Positions 48,153 to 58,042 of a DNA stretch of 64,000 nt are shown one piece after another. Source of the DNA: an uncultured Verrucomicrobiae bacterium (GTDB lineage: Bacteria; Verrucomicrobiota; Verrucomicrobiia; Palsa-1439); the NCBI GenBank assembly GCA_963812605.1, contig CAWEWF010000014.1:480001-544000 (forward strand), in the 5' to 3' direction. The translations under genes and the position numbers were made by a program. The first letter of the stretch is position 1. Each line of letters starts with the position of its first letter. A model generated the notes under the pieces. The model was not told where the DNA came from, made no database searches, and saw only the letters and a list, made by a program, of their open reading frames with translations.

Positions 48153-50753
48153 GTGAGACCATTGAGAATACGCTTTTTGATGATGGGACTGACGACGGCG
48201 CTGTTTTTTCTGAGCGCCGCCGGATCGGACGAGGCGGCGCGCGCCCAAGAGGCGACCAATGCCGCAGCGGCCACCGACGCCAGGTCCGGGCCGCCACTGC
48301 CGCCGCCCCTTTCCACCGTCCGACCTAATGCCGTCCCATCTAATGCGGTTCCAACGGAAGAAGATGACGCAGGCAGCAACGCCCCTGCGCAGGAGATCAC
48401 GGAGATACCGCCGTCGCAGACGACTGCGTCCCCGGGTTCCGCGCCGTCGCCGCAACCGAACCCTACGAACCCAACGGCTCCCGTCAAGATTCCCACGCCG
48501 CCGTCGCCGTCGGCGCCTCCGCCGCCGACGGTGCGGGCCGCGGAGCCGCCCGAGACAGCGACAATCGACTTCGAATTTCAAGGCGCTCCGATCAACGCGA
48601 TCCTCGAATGGTACGCGCGGCTGACGAATCGGTCGATCATCTCCGCGCCGAATCTCGCGGGCGTAATCAATTTTCGGAGCCAGACGAAACTGACCAGGAC
48701 CGACGCGCTCCAGGCGCTCGACAGCGTGCTCGCCATCAACAACATCGCGGCCATCCCATTGGGCGAGAAATTTTTGAAAGTCGTGCAGATCACCTCGGCC
48801 AAAACCGAGGGCCTGCCCGTTGGCCACGCGACAGCGCCAGCCGATACGCTGGGGACACAAATCATCCCGTTGAAATTTGCGGAGGCCGCGGAAGTCGTCG
48901 CGGTGTTGCAGCCATACCTGCACCCCTACGGCCAGTTGGTGCCGCTGCAAAAGTCCAATAGCATCCTCATTTCGGAAACGTCAGCCAACATCAAACAGAT
49001 GATGGAGATCATTGCGTACGTCGACCAGCCATCGATGCTCCGCATGGAGATGCGTTCCTACGTTTTGGCCCACGCCAAAGCCTCTGAGGTCATGGCGCGC
49101 TTACAATCGATCATTCAGGAAGCCGAGCAGGCCGGTGGGCACGCTGCCGTAGGCGGTCAGCCCGGTCAACCGCCCCAGCCGGCGGGATTGATCCGCCGCC
49201 CGGGAACGCCGGGACAGCCGGGAGCGGCGCCCGGCGAGGAGTCTGTTGTCGAAGGCAAGGTCATCATGGCCGCCGACGAGCGCACGAACAAGATTTTCAT
49301 TCTGACGCGGCCCAGCAATTTTGGATTTTTCGACAGGCTGATTGCGGAACTGGACGCGAAGGTCGAGCCCGATGTGGTGATGAAAGTGATCGAACTCAAC
49401 TACGCCGCCGCCGAGGACGTCGCCTCGCTGATAAATTCGCTCATTACGGGATCAAGTCCGGCGGCGCCGGCACGACACACCACGGGCAGTCCGGGAACCA
49501 CAACAACCGGAGCGCGTCCGCCGGCCATTCCGCCGCCGCCCGTCTCGGGAGGCTCGGCCGGCGCTGGCGTGGACACCGGTTTCCTGCAGTACGCCGAAGG
49601 CGTACGCATTCTGCCCGATCCGCGGACCAATTCGCTGCTGGTCATGGCGACCAAGGAAGACATGGCGCGGATCACGGAACTGGTCAAGAGCATCGATACC
49701 TCCGTGGCGCAGGTGCAGATCGAAGTTGTCATTGCCGAAGTAACGCTGAACAATGAACTGGATGTCGGCGTGGATCTCTTCAACCGGCTAACGCGGGCCG
49801 GCGAGGTATCGACGACCGGCGGCAACAGCACGGATGGCAATACTCCCGTACAGTTGTCGCCCATGAGTGCGATTGGCAGCAACCTGCCGACCGCAGCGGC
49901 CTTGGCGAGTGGCGCGGGTGGCCTTACCTACTTCACCACGTTTCGAAATTTGAACCTCGATACGGTCATCCATGCGCTCGCCAGCACTTCGAACAGCAAG
50001 GTGCTTTCGACACCCGTCATCCAGACGATGGATAATCAGGAGGCGGACATACTGGTTGGCGAATCGGTGCCCGTTCCGACCTCGCAATCGTCCTCCCTCA
50101 TCAGCGGCGTGGGCACACTGGCGACCGCCGGGGTGACCTCCAGCATCCAGTACGAGGATGTCGCCATCGAGTTGAAGGTCACCCCGCGGATCAATCCGGA
50201 TGGATACGTGCGGATGGATGTGGAACAAAAAGTCAACGACCTTGGCGCCAACGTCAACATCGGCGGCACGATCGTCCCAACGATTCTCAAGAGGGAAGCG
50301 AAATCGTCGCTGGCGGTGGAAGACAAAAGCACGATTGTTCTGGGAGGATTGATCCAGCAAACGAAATCACTGACGACGACGAAAATGCCGTTTTTTGGCG
50401 ACATTCCGTTCTTCGGCCAGCTTTTCAAGAGCCAGGCGAATAACAAACAGCGCACGGAGTTGATCATCTTCATTCGGCCCACGGTGCTGCGCACTGATTT
50501 GGCGGCCGTGGCGGAGGCAAGACGGCGCTTGAAGCTGTTGGGCGTGAGTGAAGAATTGGAGCAGCGTTACTTCCCCGGGGGCGATTCGAACAATAATTCC
50601 GCCGTCATCCGGGGGAATGTCAACTCCGCGCCAGGTCCTGCCTATCGGGTGACGGTTCCCGACGCTCAGCCTCCTGTGGAAGACCCGACCGATCGGCAAT
50701 CGACAAAAGTGAAGGCGTTGAAGTTGGAGGACGGCGATATCACACCGCAATAA
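48153..50753 (+). CDS. gspD: Secretin
   Basis: N0-N3 domains (ADERTNKI, PDPRTNSLLV), QVQIEVVIAEV, TIVLGGLI, DIPFFGQLF and RTELIIFIRP. Confidence 0.95.
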   Translation: MRPLRIRFLMMGLTTALFFLSAAGSDEAARAQEATNAAAATDARSGPPLPPPLSTVRPNAVPSNAVPTEEDDAGSNAPAQEITEIPPSQTTASPGSAPSPQPNPTNPTAPVKIPTPPSPSAPPPPTVRAAEPPETATIDFEFQGAPINAILEWYARLTNRSIISAPNLAGVINFRSQTKLTRTDALQALDSVLAINNIAAIPLGEKFLKVVQITSAKTEGLPVGHATAPADTLGTQIIPLKFAEAAEVVAVLQPYLHPYGQLVPLQKSNSILISETSANIKQMMEIIAYVDQPSMLRMEMRSYVLAHAKASEVMARLQSIIQEAEQAGGHAAVGGQPGQPPQPAGLIRRPGTPGQPGAAPGEESVVEGKVIMAADERTNKIFILTRPSNFGFFDRLIAELDAKVEPDVVMKVIELNYAAAEDVASLINSLITGSSPAAPARHTTGSPGTTTTGARPPAIPPPPVSGGSAGAGVDTGFLQYAEGVRILPDPRTNSLLVMATKEDMARITELVKSIDTSVAQVQIEVVIAEVTLNNELDVGVDLFNRLTRAGEVSTTGGNSTDGNTPVQLSPMSAIGSNLPTAAALASGAGGLTYFTTFRNLNLDTVIHALASTSNSKVLSTPVIQTMDNQEADILVGESVPVPTSQSSSLISGVGTLATAGVTSSIQYEDVAIELKVTPRINPDGYVRMDVEQKVNDLGANVNIGGTIVPTILKREAKSSLAVEDKSTIVLGGLIQQTKSLTTTKMPFFGDIPFFGQLFKSQANNKQRTELIIFIRPTVLRTDLAAVAEARRRLKLLGVSEELEQRYFPGGDSNNNSAVIRGNVNSAPGPAYRVTVPDAQPPVEDPTDRQSTKVKALKLEDGDITPQ

Positions 50754-50796
50754 CCGCCACAGTCGTTGAATCCCAGGCCATATCATCGAGGAGCCC

Positions 50797-51135
50797 ATGG
50801 ACACTACCGGACTGCTTAACCAGAGGATCAAGATTGTTCTGCGCCGTTTTCATCCCCAGACGCCACGCGAAATCGTCCGCGGCATTATCACTGATGTGGA
50901 CGAAACCGGGCTGCGCGTCAGCGGCCGCCGATTTCAAGAGCATACCGACCTGGAATCTCGTCTGCCCCAGGAATGGCCCGTCGAGCAGGATGCGAAGGTG
51001 TACTGGATTCCGCACAGTTCGATTCGCTTCAGCGAAATCATTGGACCCGGCTCGCTCTCCGAGAAACAGGACAACGAAATCCAGCGGCGCAAGGCCCTCA
51101 CGCCGCAGGAACTCCACCGTCCGACTGAATCGTAA
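50797..51135 (+). CDS. Hypothetical protein, possible Sm/LSm-like fold
   Basis: LLNQRIKIVL...VRGIITDVDETGLRV...VYWIPHSSIRFSEII; GAGGAG RBS. Confidence 0.65.
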   Translation: MDTTGLLNQRIKIVLRRFHPQTPREIVRGIITDVDETGLRVSGRRFQEHTDLESRLPQEWPVEQDAKVYWIPHSSIRFSEIIGPGSLSEKQDNEIQRRKALTPQELHRPTES

Positions 51136-52050
51136 TTGAGAACGTCCAAGGCCATTGGCGTATATGCCATCGCCGTCGTCTTGCTTGGCGCGCTGCTGGC
51201 GCCGTGGTTGTTTTGGATGTTGCAGGTGTTGGCTGCGTCGATTCCCGCCATCGGCTCGCTGGCCCGGCAACCCTTTCATCGTATTTTCGACCGCGCCCTC
51301 TTGATTGTCGCGTTTGCCGGGCTGTGGCCTCTGCTGCGTTACGCCGGGTTTCGCTCGTGGAGCGATGTCGGCTACGTGAAAGCGCGCGGCTGGTGGCAAC
51401 ACGTTCTCGTCGGCTTCGTACTCGGCCTCGGGTCGCTGGCTTTGGTGATCGCTATCACGGTCCTGCTGGGCACACGCTCGTTGAACCTCGACAGGTCCGC
51501 GGGCCAAATGGTCGAAGCGATCCTGCGCTATTTGCTCACTGGCGTGGTCGTCGCATTGATCGAGGAAACATTTTTCCGTGGCGGTTTGCAGGGCGCGTTT
51601 CAACGGGGAATGAACGTCTGTGTCGCCGTGATTCTGGCGAGCGCGATTTATTCGGCGCTGCATTTCGTGAAGCCGAATCGCGTGAACATTCCCGCGGACC
51701 AGGTCACTTGGAGCAGTGGCTTGACGTGCCTCGGCGGCATTGCGTCGCGGTCGTTCGGCGAACGGAATGTCCTCGTGGGGTTCGTGACACTGTTTCTGGC
51801 CGGCTGCATTTTGGGATTGGCTTATGTCCGGACGAAGGCATTATATCTTCCCATCGGATTGCACGCGGGCTGGGTCCTGGCCAATGAATTCGCGCGCTGG
51901 CTGGGGGCCGGGCAGATTGTTGAGGACAGGCTGTCGTGGGCCGTGCTCGCCGTGCTGCTGGTGTTGGTTGAGTGGCTATGCCGGACCAAGCTCAAACCGT
52001 TGCGCGCCCCGGGGCCTTCCAGCTCTGGTGGCGTCGCGCGTTCGACATAG
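51136..52050 (+). CDS. CPBP family intramembrane metalloprotease
   Basis: EETFFRG, YSALHF and LHAGW. Confidence 0.88.
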   Translation: MRTSKAIGVYAIAVVLLGALLAPWLFWMLQVLAASIPAIGSLARQPFHRIFDRALLIVAFAGLWPLLRYAGFRSWSDVGYVKARGWWQHVLVGFVLGLGSLALVIAITVLLGTRSLNLDRSAGQMVEAILRYLLTGVVVALIEETFFRGGLQGAFQRGMNVCVAVILASAIYSALHFVKPNRVNIPADQVTWSSGLTCLGGIASRSFGERNVLVGFVTLFLAGCILGLAYVRTKALYLPIGLHAGWVLANEFARWLGAGQIVEDRLSWAVLAVLLVLVEWLCRTKLKPLRAPGPSSSGGVARST

Positions 52051-52742
52051 TCTGGCCGCGGAACTGTCCCTTCTGCGGTTGTCCGCTTTCCGACACCGAG
52101 CCGGGCATCGTCTGTCCGGATTGCCTGGCTTCGGCGAAACCCATTGAGCCGCCGTTTTGCCGGCAGTGCGCTTCGCCGTTCACCGGCACGGTTACGGGCG
52201 AAACGTTTGTTTGCGGTTATTGCCAGGACTTGCGCTTCCATTTTTCGCGCGCCATCGCCGCGTGCCGGGCCGAAGGCGTCGTGCGCGATTGCATCTTGCG
52301 GTTCAAGTATCAACGCGAAATGTACTTTGGCCCGCATCTGGTGGATTGGTTGCAGGTTGCCGCCCGCCGCTGGATCGACTGGCGAGAAGTTGACGCGATC
52401 GTTCCCGTGCCATTGCATCCGCGCAAACAACGCCAGCGCGAGTTCAACCAGGCCGAATACCTCGCGGACGCGCTGGGTAAGACGTTGAATGTTCCGGTCA
52501 TAAAGCGACGTTTACGCCGGGTGAAAGACACCTCGACACAAACGAAACTCAGTGCCGAGGCGCGGGCGAAAAATATGCGCGGCGCATTTGCCGTGCGCGA
52601 CGAAACAGCATTCAATGGCAAGAGCCTTGTATTATTGGACGATGTTTTCACGACGGGTGCTACACTGGACAGTTGTGCCAAAGCGTTGCGCGGAGCCGGA
52701 GCGAAAGATGTGATCGCGTTGGCCGTGGCAAGAGGGGTGTAA
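51978..52742 (+). CDS. comF: ComF family protein (double Zn ribbon + PRT)
   Basis: CPFC..CPDC..CRQC..CGYC; PVPLH...REFNQA; LLDDVFTTGAT; the start overlaps the CPBP 3' end. Confidence 0.9.
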   Translation: MPDQAQTVARPGAFQLWWRRAFDIVWPRNCPFCGCPLSDTEPGIVCPDCLASAKPIEPPFCRQCASPFTGTVTGETFVCGYCQDLRFHFSRAIAACRAEGVVRDCILRFKYQREMYFGPHLVDWLQVAARRWIDWREVDAIVPVPLHPRKQRQREFNQAEYLADALGKTLNVPVIKRRLRRVKDTSTQTKLSAEARAKNMRGAFAVRDETAFNGKSLVLLDDVFTTGATLDSCAKALRGAGAKDVIALAVARGV

Positions 52743-53408
52743 GGGAGCCGCTGGATGGACACATCATTCTAATGTTCCGCCAATATTCCGGCGACTGGAA
52801 GTTGCTAATCTTTTCATGACCGCACGCCAGAGGACGACATACAGCAGGTCCGATAGGCGCGTAAAGAAATACAGTGCTGTGCGCCAGAAAAGCAGCAAAC
52901 AGGAGCACTCCTTTAACATCGGGTCGATCTCTGTCACGCAAGGCGACCGCTGTCACGAGCACAAGCTGCCAAATGATAACGAATCCGTTGACTCCGAACC
53001 AACCAACCCATACAGGCAAAATCGTGAATGCAGCGACTAGATTGAGGTATCGCTTGTCGAGGCCGAAGGAGGACATCGAACGATGGCGCACATCCGGTGC
53101 CACAACCAAGAAGATAGCGAACTAACTGACGGGCTACCAGCGCCAAACTTCCGATAGCGCGGAATGCTATCAAGAATAATGCGTGCGTTCATAGGACGAG
53201 CGCCTTGAAGGGGGGATGTAGCGTCATTCACAGCCCCCACAAGTATTTTGTGATTCAGTTTTCTGGCGGGTCGTGTCACTCACATTCTAAGTATCCGACA
53301 GCCCGGAACCGCTCTTGCCGCGATTCAGTTTGTCCGATGCAGGGGATTTGATATGCTCAGTCACACAAGGGTGCTGTCAAATGACTGGTTAAGCCCGAAG
53401 GAAATGCG

Positions 53409-53869
53409 ATGCCGTATCTGGTGTATCGAACCGAATCTGCGATTCCAATTCACAAGATTCCTGAATCTTTGCAACGCTTCGTTGGGCGACCCAACTGGCT
53501 CGGCGCTCCCAGAGATTCGATTCCTTTTCTCGGAACCGTCGATTCCAATGGCTTCACAATCTCGCGAGTTATCCGAGGGCGCGATTCGTTCAACCCGGTT
53601 CTCTACGGGCGATTTTTCGATCCGGTCACGGTACGCGACTCAGGGTCATCATGACATTCCATCCGCTTGTCTGGCTTTTCCTGATTCTCTGGTCCGTCTT
53701 CAACGGATATACTTCACTTGAGGGGTTGCTCAACCATCATCTCGCCGATTTTTGGGGTTGCCTATGCTTTCTGATCTTTGCGTGGGTTGTGGCTGTGCCG
53801 CTATTTTACTGGAACGCGTCTCGGAGCAAGCTATTGCTCCGGCAATCACTTGGTCTACGCGACCTGTGA
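53409..53869 (+). CDS. Hypothetical membrane protein (frameshift ~53625)
   Basis: FLGTVDSNGFTISRVIRGRDSFNPVLYGRF, then MTFHPLVWLFLILW + 2 TM in another frame. Confidence 0.5.
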
Positions 53870-54079
53870 ACAGAGAACCCAGTACGAGCTGGTCTTGCAA
53901 TCAAGGCAGAGGATTGGCCCTACGTCTGGTGGCCTACGGCGCTGAAGCCCCAGCCCTACCCGACACGAAGTGGACCGCCGTTTTTCCGACTGGTGCAATG
54001 CCGGGCAATTGTGCTACAGTTTTAAGGTTGGCGTGGCAAAAGATATCGCGGCCCTGGCCGTCGCAGGAGGAGGTTCGTC

Positions 54080-54959
54080 ATGGCGGTATTTGAAGAAAAA
54101 GAAAAGCCGAAGATTTCCGAAACCAAGACGAAGAAGCACGAGATCCCGAGCGGCTTGTGGGTGAAATGCAAGACTTGCGGCGAGATCATCTTCAGCAAGG
54201 AACTCGCGGCCAACGCGAAAGTCTGCAGCCAAGTGCGATTACCACTTCACGATGACGGCGCCCGAGCGCATCGCGATGCTGGCCGATGAAGGCACGTTCC
54301 GCGAGTCGGATGCCGACATGGCCAGCGTGGACATGCTGAAATTTACGGGCGTGGCGGCCTACTCGGAGCGGTTGCGCACGTACCAGCGCCAGACGGGCAT
54401 GAACGACGCCGTGATGATCGGGCTTTGCAAGCTCGACGGTCACGATACGTCGCTGGCGGTGATGGATTTCAGCTTCCTCGGCGCCAGCATGGGCTCCGTG
54501 GTCGGGGAAAAGATCACGCGGGCCATTGAGAAGGCGACCGAGTTGAAGATTCCGGTGATTATCGTCTCCGCCTCCGGCGGCGCGCGCATGTACGAGGGCA
54601 TTCTCAGCCTCATGCAACTGGCCAAGACGAGCGGCGCGCTCGCGTTGCACGCCAAGGCGGGACTGCCATATATTTCGATCCTCACACATCCGACCACCGC
54701 CGGCGTGATGGCCAGCTATGCCTCCCTCGGCGATGTAATCGTGGCCGAACCAAAGGCGCTGATCGGTTTTGCGGGACCACGCGTGATCAAGGAAACCACG
54801 CAGCAGGAACTGCCCGAAGGCTTCCAAACCAGCGAATTCCTCCGCGACCGCGGCCTGGTCGACCTCATCGTACATCGCAAGCAACTCAAGCAAACCCTCG
54901 TGCAGTTGCTCGATTATTTTTCAGGACGCGGCGGGCGCAAGTTCAAAGCGGCTGACTAA
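54080..54959 (+). CDS. accD: Acetyl-CoA carboxylase carboxyltransferase beta (frameshift ~54227)
   Basis: GLWVKCKTC Zn finger; [17 protein letters not shown] and GFAGPRVI. Confidence 0.95.
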
Positions 54960-55007
54960 TTATTTGGATCACCCTCGCCGGAAGCGCGAGGCGAAGAAGT
55001 ACTGCTG

Positions 55008-56336
55008 ATGACCTACCCGGAAACCATCGATTATCTCTACGGCATTCGTCTCTTCGGGCAGAAGCTCGGGTTGGAGACGATGCAGTACTTGTTGCGGTTG
55101 ATGGGCGACCCGCAGCATTCGCTGCGCTTCATTCATATCGCGGGCACGAACGGGAAGGGGAGTGTGGCCGCGATGCTCCATGCGGTCTTGTCCAGGGCCA
55201 GCTATAAAACCGGGTTATACACCTCGCCGCACCTCGTATCTTTCTGCGAGCGGTTTCAGATCAACGGTCACGTCATTGCCGAAGCCGACGTGGTGCGGCT
55301 GGTGCAACAGATCAAGCCGCTTCTTGAAACGGTTGCCACGCACCCCGAGTTTCACGCGCCCACGTTCTTCGAAGCCGTCACGGCCATGGCCCTCCAGCAT
55401 TTTCACGAACAGAAGATCGATGTGGTCGTCTGGGAAACAGGACTGGGTGGCCGTCTCGATGCGACGAACGTGGTCACACCCCTTGCTTCCATCATCACCA
55501 ACATCGCTTTTGACCACACCCAGTATCTTGGTGAGACGCTTCCCGAAATCGCGACCGAGAAATGCGGCATCATTAAGCCAGGCGTCCCAGTCGTTACCGC
55601 GGCGGCCGTGGAAGAGGTTCTTCGTGTCATCCGGGCGACGGCAAAAGCCCAAGACTGTCCGCTCACCATTGTCGGTCAGGACATGGATGCCAGGCGGCTC
55701 GACGAGGATGAGCACGGACAACGCGTTCAACTGACCAGCAAAAAATGTGATTACGGCCCGGTCACGATCCCCTTGCTTGGCGCTCATCAGGCAATCAACT
55801 GCGCTACCGCAGTCGCCGCGCTGGAAGCGTCCGGGTTGTCGATCACGCCCCAGCAAGTCACGGAAGGGCTGTTGCAGACGACCTGGCCGGGAAGGTTCCA
55901 AATCGTCAATCGCCATCCCACGGTGGTGCTCGACGGGGCGCATAATGCCGCCGCCGCCGAGCGGCTTGCCGCAACGTTGCGGGAGCGTTGCGCCGGTCAG
56001 AAGCTGACCCTGATCCTTGGCGTGTTACGGGACAAGAACTACGACCAGATGTGCCAGATCCTCGCGCCCCTGGTCGAACGCATTTTCTGCGTGCCCGTCC
56101 GGAGCGAGCGCACGTGCGATCCCGACCAATTGGCGCGTTGGTGCATGGCCGCAAATCCCCGGTTAAAAATCACCATCGTGGGGAGCTTGACAGAAGCGTA
56201 CACGCAAGCCTGCCGCGAGAAGGCTGAAGCCATCGTCATCACCGGCTCGCTGTTCCTCGTTGGCGAAGCGCTGGACCGGCTGGGGTTTGCCCATCCGACC
56301 CGGGCGAAAACAGAGAAGGAGTTGGTATTGCAGTGA
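55008..56336 (+). CDS. folC: Folylpolyglutamate/dihydrofolate synthase
   Basis: HIAGTNGKGS, YTSPHL, ETGLGGRLDATN, WPGR and DGAHN. Confidence 0.96.
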   Translation: MTYPETIDYLYGIRLFGQKLGLETMQYLLRLMGDPQHSLRFIHIAGTNGKGSVAAMLHAVLSRASYKTGLYTSPHLVSFCERFQINGHVIAEADVVRLVQQIKPLLETVATHPEFHAPTFFEAVTAMALQHFHEQKIDVVVWETGLGGRLDATNVVTPLASIITNIAFDHTQYLGETLPEIATEKCGIIKPGVPVVTAAAVEEVLRVIRATAKAQDCPLTIVGQDMDARRLDEDEHGQRVQLTSKKCDYGPVTIPLLGAHQAINCATAVAALEASGLSITPQQVTEGLLQTTWPGRFQIVNRHPTVVLDGAHNAAAAERLAATLRERCAGQKLTLILGVLRDKNYDQMCQILAPLVERIFCVPVRSERTCDPDQLARWCMAANPRLKITIVGSLTEAYTQACREKAEAIVITGSLFLVGEALDRLGFAHPTRAKTEKELVLQ

Positions 56337-56995
56337 GCCGGCAGCCCGTGCGCGCCCTGTTCTTCGACGTGGGCGGCACGCTGCTGCGTCCGTGGCCATC
56401 GGTGGGAGTCCTCTATGCCTCGGCGGCCAATCGCCATGGAATGGCCGTCACGGCGGAGAACATGGAATGCGCGTTCCGCGAATCGTGGGCCGCACTGAAA
56501 CGACCGGGATTGACCGTTTCCCGCAAGGAGTGGTGGCGCGAAGTTGTTTTCCGCACCTTGCGCCAGGACAACCAGGCGTGTTTTGAGGAGCTCTTCGAAA
56601 TCTTTGCGCGCGCCGACGCCTGGCAGGTTTTCCCGGACGTGGAAGAGACGCTGCGCGAAGCCCGCTCGCGCGGCCTGCACGTGGGCGTCATTTCCAACTG
56701 GGACGAGCGGCTGCGTCCCTTGCTCGACGGAATCGGGTTGGCGCGTTACTTCGATTCCATCACCGTTTCCTGTGAAGTGGGCGTCGAGAAACCGAGCGCC
56801 GATATTTTTCATGCAGCGCTTCGCGCCGCTGGTATCGCGGCGAACCAAGCCGTTCACGTGGGAGATAGCGAGATGGAGGACGTGGGTGGCGCGGAAGCGG
56901 TTGGGATGACCGCTGTCCTCTTGAATCGAAGCGAAGGGGAGAGTGACGGGTTGCGCGATTTGCGGGATCTTTGGGGCAAACTCGGCACGGCCTGA
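56333..56995 (+). CDS. HAD-IA family hydrolase
   Basis: FDVGGTL, ISNWD, EKP and HVGDS. Confidence 0.9.
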   Translation: MSRQPVRALFFDVGGTLLRPWPSVGVLYASAANRHGMAVTAENMECAFRESWAALKRPGLTVSRKEWWREVVFRTLRQDNQACFEELFEIFARADAWQVFPDVEETLREARSRGLHVGVISNWDERLRPLLDGIGLARYFDSITVSCEVGVEKPSADIFHAALRAAGIAANQAVHVGDSEMEDVGGAEAVGMTAVLLNRSEGESDGLRDLRDLWGKLGTA

Positions 56996-57008
56996 TCGCC
57001 GGATCCTG

Positions 57009-58009
57009 TTACTCGCCGAAAACGAAGCCAACTTCCTTCGATTCCTGGTCCGCCACCGTCACAGACTGCGACTGCACGCCGTAAACCTCGTGCCATGCCC
57101 AATAACATAACTGCCCGGCGGCAAGCCGACGATTTGAAAGGAGCCGTCGTCTCCCGTCACACTGAAAAACGGGTGATCGAGCACGCCGATGTACGCCTTC
57201 ATCCAGGGATGAACGTCGCATCTGACCGGGATCATAATTTCCGGGACATCAAAGGAGCGGATGGAGAGCATACCCTCATTCGGCTGGCCGATATTGAATT
57301 CGCGGTTGAGACGGGGCAACGCATGGATGTTATGCAGCGTATTGTCATCGTTCACGATCTTCAGCGGCTGATGAACCATGATTCCCAGGACACGCGGCTC
57401 GTACAGGCAACCGCGTTGGTCGAGCGTTACCGCAGCTTTGGGTGGTTCAAAGGCCAGACCCGCGATTCCTTCTTTCACATACACAAAAACATTGCGTAGC
57501 GTCTGGTTGTCGTTGACGACGACATCGCCTACAGGAACGGGGTTGGGATGCATCGCCGCACAATGCGGATCGGCGTCGAAGTTGATAATTCTGGGCTTCG
57601 GCGCAGCCCCCCGCCACTGAACTTTACCAGAGATCGTCGCGCCGTTTTGGGAAAGTTGCACAACAACCGGAGTGGCCGCGCCTGTTGGTTGCCCTTGCGG
57701 CGGGGGGGAGACCGGTGGCTCCGTTTGGGTCTCAGGCTTTGTGGGCGGTAGCACAACGACGGGACTATCCTCTCGTGGTGTCCCACCAGAGGAAATCTGG
57801 CCTGCCGTGCCCGAAAGGGAAGATTTCCAGGAAGACGGGAGTGACTGTACCAAACGGTTCGATCCCCCGGTAAGCCCGGAGTCCGCCATCTCCGGGGGAG
57901 CCGTCGAGTTGGCATGCCGGGATTCCTGACGAAGGACAACGACGAGGAGGGCGACAACGAGACACAATGTCGCCAGCGATAGAGCAAAGGTTGCTCTTTG
58001 GGTGTTCAT
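57009..58009 (-). CDS. Membrane-anchored carboxypeptidase-regulatory-like/cupredoxin-like protein (frameshift ~57098)
   Basis: LDQRGC, HNIH, CDVHPWM and HPFF; ends AWHEVYG...VFGE* in a shifted frame. Confidence 0.8.
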
Positions 58010-58042
58010 CGCCTGACCGACTGATTGAAGGCCACCGAGTTG

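Noticed and set aside
48230-48560. Pro/Ala-rich low-complexity tract in the secretin
   Set aside because: A disordered N-terminal linker; no exact DNA repeat unit.
540-57110. Programmed frameshifting or mass pseudogenisation (breaks at ~550, 12855, 25353, 26458, 26665, 27360, 29555, 34276, 34677, 35412, 35875, 41430, 53625, 54227, 57098)
   Set aside because: These are single-base indels, often in short homopolymers, without slippery motifs, and they hit important genes (clpX, accD) whose sequences are otherwise intact. Sequencing error is the simplest explanation.
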